NCBI GenBank assembly: GCA_031256725.1
Contig: JAIRQE010000013.1
Coordinates: forward strand, 30,001-62,000
Direction: 5' to 3'
From: Propionibacteriaceae bacterium
GTDB lineage: Bacteria > Actinomycetota > Actinomycetes > Propionibacteriales > Propionibacteriaceae
DNA length: 32,000 nt
Shown here piece after piece: positions 1-6,808 of this stretch (position 1 is its first letter; every line of letters starts with the position of its first letter). The notes under the pieces were generated by a model. The model did not search any database, was not told the origin of the DNA, and saw only the letters and a list, made by a program, of their open reading frames with translations. A program made the translations under genes and the position numbers.

Positions 1-264
1 TCGAATCGCTCCTGATGCGATAATAGAAGGAAGTTTGGATAGTTGATCACATACTTCTCCGTTAACACGACCAGGACTTGTTACAGTAAATGTTGACGCA
101 CCAGAATCGCGATACTTATATGCTTCATTTGTTATATCTTGTACAATCATAAGATCCACGATTGTGGCAATAACTGTAAACGCGACAAACATCATGACAA
201 GATGTAGAGGCTTCGATGTGCCTGACACCAGGTTTTCTTTGGCTTCTAGTGCAACCCAACTCAT
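1..264 (-). CDS. ABC transporter permease, FtsX/MacB-type, N-terminal 88 codons only (gene runs off the left edge)
   Basis: The reverse strand is open from ATG at 264 to the window edge (MSWVALEAKENLVSGTSKPLHLVMMFVAFTVIATIVDLMIVQD...). This gives a short polar N-terminus, a TM helix, then the start of an extracytoplasmic domain, as in FtsX-family permeases. The ATG overlaps the ATPase stop (ATGA at 261-264), indicating translational coupling. It is absent from the ORF track because no stop lies in the window. Confidence 0.6.
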   Translation of the reverse strand, partial: MSWVALEAKENLVSGTSKPLHLVMMFVAFTVIATIVDLMIVQDITNEAYKYRDSGASTFTVTSPGRVNGEVCDQLSKLPSIIASGAIR

Positions 265-863
265 GTGTACTTCTCCAGATTAATTATGTCTGAACAAGCC
301 TCTCGTGTGCTTGTAGCATGTGTGGCAATAACAACAATAGTTGTTCGCTGGATCAAAGCTCCAAGGCATGCATCAACAGTCTGTGCAGTCTGTATGTCAA
401 GCTGTGCCGTCGGCTCATCGACGAGAAGAAGATGGGGGCGTGCTGCTATTCCGCGAGCCAGCATGAGGCGCTGCGCCTCACCACCAGACAATTCACAAAA
501 TTCCCTATAGGTGGCACTGGATAAACCAAAATCATTGAGGAGTTGTTTCGCTCGGTGTACTGCATCACTTCGAAAGAGACCTCTCGCAAGAAGTGGTAGT
601 ACAACATGGTCTATTGCACTGCGGTGAGCAACTCCATGAGGATTCTGAAACACCCAACCGACCCGGTTAATGCCCTCGTATTCCACTGCACCTTCAGTTG
701 GATCTAACCATCCTGTGAGTATGGACAGTAGTGTACTCTTACCAGAACCCGAAGGGCCCACTAATGCATATACGCGGTGCGGCTCTAAAGTCAGCGACAA
801 ATGACGAAACAAAAATGGTTGTCCAGAAAAGCTATGACCGATATTGTCTAATTTGACTTGCAT
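261..863 (-). CDS. ABC transporter ATP-binding protein, short (200 aa) MacB/LolD/FtsE-like NBD
   Basis: Walker A GPSGSGKST, ABC signature LSGGEAQR, Walker B LLLVDEPT and H-loop ATHA are all present. The protein ends about 20 aa after the H-loop. Confidence 0.9.
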   Translation of the reverse strand: MQVKLDNIGHSFSGQPFLFRHLSLTLEPHRVYALVGPSGSGKSTLLSILTGWLDPTEGAVEYEGINRVGWVFQNPHGVAHRSAIDHVVLPLLARGLFRSDAVHRAKQLLNDFGLSSATYREFCELSGGEAQRLMLARGIAARPHLLLVDEPTAQLDIQTAQTVDACLGALIQRTTIVVIATHATSTREACSDIINLEKYT

Positions 864-869
864 GGTGAA

Positions 870-1862
870 CTATCCGCAGGTCGCATTGCTTGTACTATCA
901 AACGAAACCATTTCTGGAACTTTGATCGCTTCCTCGGGAACGACGTATGATCTCCCCAGTTGAGAACCGACAATGCTTACGCTAACTGGTTTCCCGTCGG
1001 CAACAATGCAGGACTGTCCTGTCGAGTTTACGGTAACTGCACTAGGAGGAATCACCCAAGCCTCGACAGAGTTCACCAATGACCAAGTTGTAGTAACATC
1101 ACCATCGCCATTAAGGGCCCTTCGGTAGGTGGATGTTGAGGCAATGCGCGCAAGCGATTCAGATTCTGTAACTCTACCCAACTCGTCAGTTAATAGAACT
1201 GCCCCGTCCATAATTAGTTGTCGGTCTCCTGGCATCATTTCCTTTGGTAGCTCACGCACGGAAGCGGAAACGACAACAGGAGGAAGCATTGCCACAGTTG
1301 TATTTGCAGTGACTTCTTTTCCCACTGACAGATCACATGAAGAAATAGTGACCTCCTGTGCAGGAAGCCAAATTAAGAAAGATGGGTCAATGCTAAATAA
1401 TTTCCCGGGATTTCCACCTATAGATTTGAGAAGGTTCTCATAGGCTCGAACAACATCACGAGTAATAGATTGGTCGCTAACACCAGCGCCTAACGCATTA
1501 ATAGCTTTTATGAAATCATTTACATCTGACCCTGTCGAGGATAGAACTAACTCTCGCCATAAAGGTTGGATTGTTGAAAGAGCAAGTAAGGGTTGCCCAT
1601 CGATACTAACGAAAGATTGACCCGATTTGAGTGTCATACCTGGAATGCAGGTCGAACTTGTCAGTAGGCCCGTTTTCGCCACTGTTATAGGAGGACCCGG
1701 CAGTGTTGTAATCATCAGGGAAACAGTGTGTGGGTCAAAGAATTCTTCCGAAACTACTGGTGCAGCAGTCACTGGGGTTGGAGATTGCAGTACCTCTGGA
1801 ACCCTTAGGGGCGCAACTGCCATTCCCAAAAGTAATCCCAATGCTATGGCAGCAGCCAGCAC
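870..1862 (-). CDS. Membrane-anchored extracytoplasmic protein, putative periplasmic-adaptor-like partner of the ABC transporter (N-terminus possibly frameshifted)
   Basis: 330-aa ORF with an N-terminal TM helix (LAAAIALGLLLGMAVAPL). It is the first gene of the adaptor-ATPase-permease order, and only 6 nt separate it from the ATPase start. The segment G..L..G..FVSIDGQPLLAL...GSDVNDFIKAINALG resembles barrel-sandwich/PG-binding-like adaptors found next to actinobacterial FtsX-type ABC systems (pattern recognition, not searched). The tracked start is GTG with no SD; see the frameshift finding. Confidence 0.6.
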   Translation of the reverse strand: MLAAAIALGLLLGMAVAPLRVPEVLQSPTPVTAAPVVSEEFFDPHTVSLMITTLPGPPITVAKTGLLTSSTCIPGMTLKSGQSFVSIDGQPLLALSTIQPLWRELVLSSTGSDVNDFIKAINALGAGVSDQSITRDVVRAYENLLKSIGGNPGKLFSIDPSFLIWLPAQEVTISSCDLSVGKEVTANTTVAMLPPVVVSASVRELPKEMMPGDRQLIMDGAVLLTDELGRVTESESLARIASTSTYRRALNGDGDVTTTWSLVNSVEAWVIPPSAVTVNSTGQSCIVADGKPVSVSIVGSQLGRSYVVPEEAIKVPEMVSFDSTSNATCG

Positions 1863-2068
1863 GACGATAGTGAAGGGTGCCGCGCGGTGCCAGGCTTTTT
1901 CCTGGTTGCTGTATGCTCATTTCTATTCACCATAACTCCAAGGGTTTCTTCAAATGATACCATACACCAATTGAGGTGTCGTATTTCAGTGAATAATCTG
2001 ATCTTTTTGTCAGCAAGACTCAACCAATGGTGATCAATAGCTTGTATTTGACTTGCTAGTCATCTTGT

Positions 2069-2097
2069 TTGTGGTAGATGGAAATAAACTCTAATAT
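2069..2097 (+). promoter_or_regulatory. Candidate sigma-70-type promoter for the small-protein/lipoprotein operon
   Basis: TTGTGG (2069-2074), a 17-nt spacer, then TAATAT (2092-2097), in an AT-rich divergent intergenic region. A strong SD AGGAGG (2143-2148) lies 5 nt before ATG 2154. The promoter assignment is by eye only. Confidence 0.3.
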
Positions 2098-2153
2098 TAT
2101 ACCTATAGCTTCATGGAATTAGAAGCTTTACTAATAAATAAAAGGAGGCAAAT

Positions 2154-2438
2154 ATGAAGAAACGCATTTTCTCGATCATCGCTGCATCATTACTTGCTAT
2201 AAGTGGAATAACTTTAGTTGGAGAGGTCGTAGTTCCCGAAGCTAAGGCAGCTACAATTTGCAGCTATATGAACATGAATGAGGGGCGTGCCATGATTACA
2301 GGTGGCTGCGCTCAAGGTGCCTATGCGTATAGATCTGGCAGTTCGATTACTCGCGTTGGTGATTGGACTTATGTTGGATACTGGGCCTATAACAATACAC
2401 TTGTGTGTTATGTAAGCCCTACGATTGTGGCGAAATAG
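2154..2438 (+). CDS. Small secreted protein (94-aa precursor, about 62-aa mature), unknown family; bacteriocin-like candidate
   Basis: Strong SD AAAGGAGG. The Sec signal has n-region MKKR, a hydrophobic core IFSIIAASLLAISGITLVG, and an AKA|AT cleavage motif. The mature part is rich in Gly/Tyr/Trp with 3 Cys. Confidence 0.65.
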   Translation: MKKRIFSIIAASLLAISGITLVGEVVVPEAKAATICSYMNMNEGRAMITGGCAQGAYAYRSGSSITRVGDWTYVGYWAYNNTLVCYVSPTIVAK

Positions 2439-2468
2439 AGCCTTTTGTGGACTCAATTAACCAAATCG

Positions 2469-3047
2469 ATGCGAGGAGTTATTTTGAGAACTAAAACCGT
2501 TGCGACGGCTGCAAAGTTGGCGGTTGTCATGGCTTTTTTGGCTCTTTCTTCTTGTGGGAGCTCCGAAGATACTCAGTCTGTTACATTCACTGGCCCTTGG
2601 GCTGACGACTTTATGTTTTATTATAATGATACTAATAGTCGGCTGGGTCGTGAGATTCTTAAAGACGGAATTATCACTGACATGGAGTTTCAGGAAGCTA
2701 TGCAGGACATTGTTCGGTGCTACGAACAAGATGGCTTTAAGGTCACATACGACAATTATGGATATGAGACTGTGGAAAGCATTGATGGGAGTGGCGATCC
2801 ATCCGAGCAGCTGAATAAATGTGCTTTCAGCGACGGAGGTGTTGTGGTCCTTTATTATAAGATGGCTAGAAATCCTGATAATATTCAGAATGAGGTGCTC
2901 ATCACAGAGTGTCTAGTTCGGGTTGGCCTTGAAGGGCCCGGATTCACGGTTGATGACTTTGAAAGGATCATGCAGTCTGATCAAATGCCGTGGGATCTTG
3001 CTGATGGCCGCGCAACAGAATGCTTTCAGAACCCGCTTGGGCACTGA
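2469..3047 (+). CDS. Lipoprotein of unknown function
   Basis: Lipobox LALSS-C follows a basic n-region and a hydrophobic core (..RTKTVATAAKLAVVMAFLALSSCGSSED). Start options in the same frame are TTG 2445, ATG 2469, or TTG 2484, which is preceded by GAGGAG at a 5-nt spacing. The gene follows the small-protein gene closely and shares its terminator. Confidence 0.7.
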   Translation: MRGVILRTKTVATAAKLAVVMAFLALSSCGSSEDTQSVTFTGPWADDFMFYYNDTNSRLGREILKDGIITDMEFQEAMQDIVRCYEQDGFKVTYDNYGYETVESIDGSGDPSEQLNKCAFSDGGVVVLYYKMARNPDNIQNEVLITECLVRVGLEGPGFTVDDFERIMQSDQMPWDLADGRATECFQNPLGH

Positions 3048-3071
3048 GTCTTTTAACATGATAAATATTTT

Positions 3072-3101
3072 GGTGCCGGGTATTTTCCCGGCACCATTTT
3101 T
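3072..3101 (+). terminator. Rho-independent terminator of the small-protein/lipoprotein operon
   Basis: Perfect 9-bp stem GGTGCCGGG (3072-3080) / CCCGGCACC (3087-3095), loop TATTTT, followed by ATTTTT. Confidence 0.75.
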
Positions 3102-3402
3102 AACACATGGGAATTGCCACACAGTTGATTCTCCATCGGGTAGGCAGCTTCGTAAGAGGATGACGGGCTAGGATCGACTCTTTTCCAGGATCGACCATAC
3201 CCCCATCAAGGCTTTGTGGTTGAGGTTAAAAGTCGGAGGATAGATGACCAAGAGAACTCGGCTACACACAAGTCATTCCTGGAACGATGACTCGGTTTCC
3301 CCGGAATCTTGACTCATTCTACGATGCTCCTGTTGATACGCCGAATCCAGGGCGGACTCTTAGTAAGTCTGGAAACTGGCAGTGGTAGTAATAAGACTGT
3401 TA

Positions 3403-5022
3403 TTATCCAAGTGCTTGGTCGACGACTGCGCGGGCTTCCTCCTGTACCTGTGCTAGATGGTCGGCACCCAGGAAGGATTCGGCGTAGATCTTGTAGATGT
3501 TTTCTGTACCTGAGGGGCGTGCGGCGAACCAGGCGTTCTCGGTGGTGACTTTGAGACCGCCGATGGCAGCACCGTTGCCGGGGGCAGCAGTGAGTGCAGC
3601 GGTAATGGGTTCGCCAGCGAGTTCTGTGGCGGTGACATCATCGGGGGAGAGGTTGGACAGGCGCGCTTTTTGTTCGCGGTTGGCAGGGGCATCGGTACGG
3701 GCATAGGAAGATGCACCGAAGCGGGATTCCATGTCAACATAGAGGGCTGAGGGGGTCTTGCCTGTGATGGCTAGGATTTCGGAAGCCAACAGGCATAGGA
3801 TGATCCCGTCTTTGTCGGTGGTCCAGGTTTTGCCTTCGCGGGTGAGGAAAGAGGCTCCGGCTGATTCTTCACCACCGAAACCTAAGGTTCCTTGGATGAG
3901 TCCTGGTACGAACCATTTGAAGCCCACGGGTACCTCCACAAGCGTGCGTCCAATAGAGAAGGCGACTCGATCAATGATGGAACTGGAAACCAGGGTCTTG
4001 CCTACACCAGCGGAGCTAGCCCAACCAGGCCGGTGAGTGAAGAGGTACTCAATGGCAACAGCGAGGTAATGATTGGGGTTCATCAGTCCACCATCGGGGG
4101 TGACGATTCCATGACGATCAGCATCAGCATCATTTCCTGTCGAAATGTCATAGGAATCCCGATCAGCAACAACATTGGCCATGCAATATGGTGAGGAGCA
4201 ATCCATCCTGATCTTGCCATCATGGTCCACAGTCATGAAGTTCCAGTCCGGGTTCAGGCGAGTATCTGTCACAGTAAGGTTCAAGCCAAGGTTCTCAGCG
4301 ATGTACTGCCAATACTGTAGGGAGGCTCCACCAAGAGGATTGGCTCCGATGCGTACTCCTGCTTCTCTGATTGCGTCAATATCGACGACCGATGACAATG
4401 ACTCGCAATAGGGGGTACGGAAGTCGAACCATGAGACGGAATCCAAGGTTGTGGCCTTGGTGACTTGGCCGGGATTGCGTAGGAGCTCATTGGCGCGATT
4501 GGCGATCCATCCTGTGGCATCAGTGTCAGCAGGCCCACCATTAGGTGGGTTGTATTTGAATCCACCATCACGGGGAGGATTATGGGAGGGGGTGACGACA
4601 ATTCCATCAGCGAGGTCCGTGGTACGTCCCTCGTTGTAGGCGATGATGGCCCTGGATAACGCCGGGGTTGGGGTGTACTCATCCTCCTTGTCGGACAAAA
4701 CGGTGACGGAGTTGGCCGCCAAAACCTCTAGTGCAGTCTTCCACGCAGGGATCGACAACCCATGGGTGTCTTTGGCAATAAACAACGGGCCGGTTGTACC
4801 TTGCGAAGCTCGATATTCGATGAGAGCCTGGGTGATGCACGCGATATGGGCCTCATTGAAGGCAACATCGAAGCTTGACCCGCGATGTCCAGAGGTACCA
4901 AAGGCAACCTTCTGATCGGGGTCCTCAGGATTGGGGGTGAGGTCATAATAGGCCGAGATGAGTCCATCAGTATCGATGAGGTCTTCGGGAAGGGCAACGA
5001 GGCCAGCACGCGGATGAGTCAT
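3403..5022 (-). CDS. pgm: Phosphoglucomutase, alpha-D-glucose phosphate-specific
   Basis: Phosphoserine loop TSGHRGSS and metal-binding GNDADADRHGIV are present. The N-terminus MTHPRAGLVALPEDLIDTDGLISAYY parallels the E. coli Pgm N-terminus, so I place the start at ATG 5022 rather than the track's 5076. Confidence 0.9.
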   Translation of the reverse strand: MTHPRAGLVALPEDLIDTDGLISAYYDLTPNPEDPDQKVAFGTSGHRGSSFDVAFNEAHIACITQALIEYRASQGTTGPLFIAKDTHGLSIPAWKTALEVLAANSVTVLSDKEDEYTPTPALSRAIIAYNEGRTTDLADGIVVTPSHNPPRDGGFKYNPPNGGPADTDATGWIANRANELLRNPGQVTKATTLDSVSWFDFRTPYCESLSSVVDIDAIREAGVRIGANPLGGASLQYWQYIAENLGLNLTVTDTRLNPDWNFMTVDHDGKIRMDCSSPYCMANVVADRDSYDISTGNDADADRHGIVTPDGGLMNPNHYLAVAIEYLFTHRPGWASSAGVGKTLVSSSIIDRVAFSIGRTLVEVPVGFKWFVPGLIQGTLGFGGEESAGASFLTREGKTWTTDKDGIILCLLASEILAITGKTPSALYVDMESRFGASSYARTDAPANREQKARLSNLSPDDVTATELAGEPITAALTAAPGNGAAIGGLKVTTENAWFAARPSGTENIYKIYAESFLGADHLAQVQEEARAVVDQALG

Positions 5023-5073
5023 GGAGTCATTTTCGTCTATTTCGACCCTGAGAAGCAAGCCTATTCTCACCTT

Positions 5074-5118
5074 CACTGTGTTCAGTTCGACCCCACCACT
5101 GTGTCAGTTCGACCCCAC
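5074..5118. repeat. Tandem direct repeat, 23 + 22 bp
   Basis: CACTGTGTTCAGTTCGACCCCAC (5074-5096) is immediately followed by CACTGTGTCAGTTCGACCCCAC (5097-5118). The copies are identical except for one T indel. The repeat lies in the divergent pgm / thioredoxin-like intergenic region. Confidence 0.9.
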
Positions 5119-5181
5119 ACCACGAATGACGCAACCACCAAACTTACGACGCAGGACACTGGTCCATGAGAGAATATCCTT

Positions 5182-6081
5182 ATGGCACAGATTTCAGGCG
5201 CAGTTGACTTGTCCGCACTTGCTTCCACGACATCCGCTTCCAACGCCGGTGTTTACGTCACTGAGGTGACGGAAGCGAGTTTTGAAGCAGTCGTACGCAA
5301 GTCCATCCAGCATCCGGTTGTCATTGAGTTTTACTCATCTAAGGCACCCGAATCCACGACTATGGGGGAGATCCTTTCCTCCATGGCGAACTCATCTGGT
5401 GGCTCCTGGCTCCTGGGTCGGATGAACGTCGACACCTCACCTCAGGTGGTTCAAGCCTTGCAAGTAAGGGCAGTACCCATGGTGGTCGGTGTTCTGGGTG
5501 GCCAGCTTGTTCCTCTATGGCAGGGTTCCATGCCCAAAGAGGATGCCGAGAAGGTTATCGCCGAACTGCTCAAAATGGCTGCAGGTAATGGGATCCTGGG
5601 TAAGGCCGAACCTCAAGGGTCCACAGAGGTCCCAGGGGAGGAGCCCGAGGAGGACCCACGATATACCCCCGCCTATGAGGCCATGGAGAGGGAGGATTAC
5701 CTGGGCGCAAAGGCCGAGTTCGACAAACTTCTAGCCGAGAATCCCCGCGACACCCTTGCCAAGATTGGGAGTGCCCAGTCGGGTCTGCTGCTACGGGTTG
5801 CGGGATTGGATCTGCCTTTGAGCAATAACGCAGAGGATCTTCTTGCCCAAGCCGATGGGGAAAACCCAAGTATCGAAGCCATCTTGAACGCAGCTGACAT
5901 TGACGTGGCCCTTAATCAAGTCGCACAAGGATTTGCACGCCTGACGACTGCTATTGCAGAATCCACTGGGGATGATAAGGAGAAGTTGAGGGTACGCCTC
6001 CTTGAACTCTTTGATACCCAAGATCCCTCTGATCCGGAAGTCCTCACCGCGCGCCGGAATCTCGCCACAGCCTTGTTCTGA
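5182..6081 (+). CDS. Thioredoxin-fold / TPR-like protein (YbbN/CnoX-like), lacking the CXXC active site
   Basis: The N-terminal thioredoxin-like region (..VVIEFYSSKAPES..) has SSKA where thioredoxins carry WCGPC. The C-terminal half is helical and TPR-like. The position next to glgB/glgE matches the M. tuberculosis Rv1324 (possible thioredoxin)-glgB-glgE neighbourhood, recalled from memory. Confidence 0.8.
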   Translation: MAQISGAVDLSALASTTSASNAGVYVTEVTEASFEAVVRKSIQHPVVIEFYSSKAPESTTMGEILSSMANSSGGSWLLGRMNVDTSPQVVQALQVRAVPMVVGVLGGQLVPLWQGSMPKEDAEKVIAELLKMAAGNGILGKAEPQGSTEVPGEEPEEDPRYTPAYEAMEREDYLGAKAEFDKLLAENPRDTLAKIGSAQSGLLLRVAGLDLPLSNNAEDLLAQADGENPSIEAILNAADIDVALNQVAQGFARLTTAIAESTGDDKEKLRVRLLELFDTQDPSDPEVLTARRNLATALF

Positions 6082-6092
6082 GTACTGAGTAC

Positions 6093-6695
6093 ATGATCCC
6101 CGCCATTATCGTGGCAGGTCTGGGTGCTGGACTGTCACTTATCGTCGCCATCGGCGCCCAGAATGCTTTCGTTCTACGTCAGGGCCTTCAAGAACGTTAT
6201 GTCGCCTGGGTTGTCGCGATATGTGCTCTGTCCGACATCGCTCTCATCAGCGCTGGGACAGCCGGTCTAGAGCAAGTCTCGAAAGCGATCACCTGGGCAG
6301 TACCCGCCATGACCTGGTTAGGCTTCTGTTTCCTCATAGCCTATGGAGTCCTATCCCTATTTAGGGCCCTCAAAGGAGAGTCCCTGGACAAGGAGGAAGC
6401 CACCACCCCACGAGGCCTAGGAGAGGCAATCTTGACCTGTCTAGCCCTAACCTGGCTCAACCCCCATGTTTATCTAGACACGGTACTTCTGCTCGGCTCT
6501 CTAGCCATCTCCCATCGACCCCATCAATGGTGGTTCACTCTAGGAGCCATGGTCGCCAGTTGTCTATGGTTCATTGCTCTTGGATACGGAGCACGATGGC
6601 TGCGCCCCCTCTTCTCATCCCAGAAAGCATGGCGGATTCTAGACCTAATTATCGCGATCATAATGTTCGCCATAGCCATCTCCCTCGTCATCTAA
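6093..6695 (+). CDS. argO: LysE/ArgO family basic amino-acid exporter
   Basis: 200 aa and multi-TM. The motifs GAQNAFVLRQG and LTWLNPHVYLDTVLLLGSL align closely with E. coli ArgO and C. glutamicum LysE. Confidence 0.85.
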   Translation: MIPAIIVAGLGAGLSLIVAIGAQNAFVLRQGLQERYVAWVVAICALSDIALISAGTAGLEQVSKAITWAVPAMTWLGFCFLIAYGVLSLFRALKGESLDKEEATTPRGLGEAILTCLALTWLNPHVYLDTVLLLGSLAISHRPHQWWFTLGAMVASCLWFIALGYGARWLRPLFSSQKAWRILDLIIAIIMFAIAISLVI

Positions 6696-6748
6696 AAGCA
6701 GCAATCACTCGCCCAGGGAAAATCTGATTCTTGCTCAAAATGCGCAGG

Positions 6749-6772
6749 GGGCGGGGTAGACATACCCCGCCC
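6749..6772. terminator. GC-rich hairpin between convergent argO and glgB (likely bidirectional terminator)
   Basis: Perfect 10-bp stem GGGCGGGGTA (6749-6758) / TACCCCGCCC (6763-6772) with loop GACA. The flanking U-tracts are weak. Confidence 0.5.
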
Positions 6773-6808
6773 TCAACATTCACCAGCCATGAATAAGCAG
6801 AAAAGAAT

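Noticed and set aside
2107-2128. Hairpin AGCTTC/GAAGCT in the 5' UTR of the small-protein gene, as a riboswitch or attenuator
   Set aside because: It has only a 6-bp stem around a HindIII-like palindrome, with no conserved riboswitch core. This is insufficient evidence.
2154-2438. Direct assignment of the small protein to the lactococcin 972 family
   Set aside because: I see only contextual and size similarity. The mature sequence shares no motif I can align with lactococcin 972 and it contains cysteines, so I keep this as an analogy rather than a call.
3244-3312. 22-codon sORF with GGAGGA upstream, as a real gene
   Set aside because: It is too short and its SD spacing is tight. There is no supporting context, so I keep it only as a note within the junction finding.
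5023-5076. N-terminal extensions of track ORFs (pgm to 5076; also glgB to 8917, glgX to 13104, gdhA from 13300, DUF1003 to 19612, CitE-like from 20826, ruvC from 24583, ruvA from 25059)
   Set aside because: The extensions overlap neighbouring genes or add residues absent from well-known homologs. Internal ATG starts with SD sequences reproduce the canonical N-termini.
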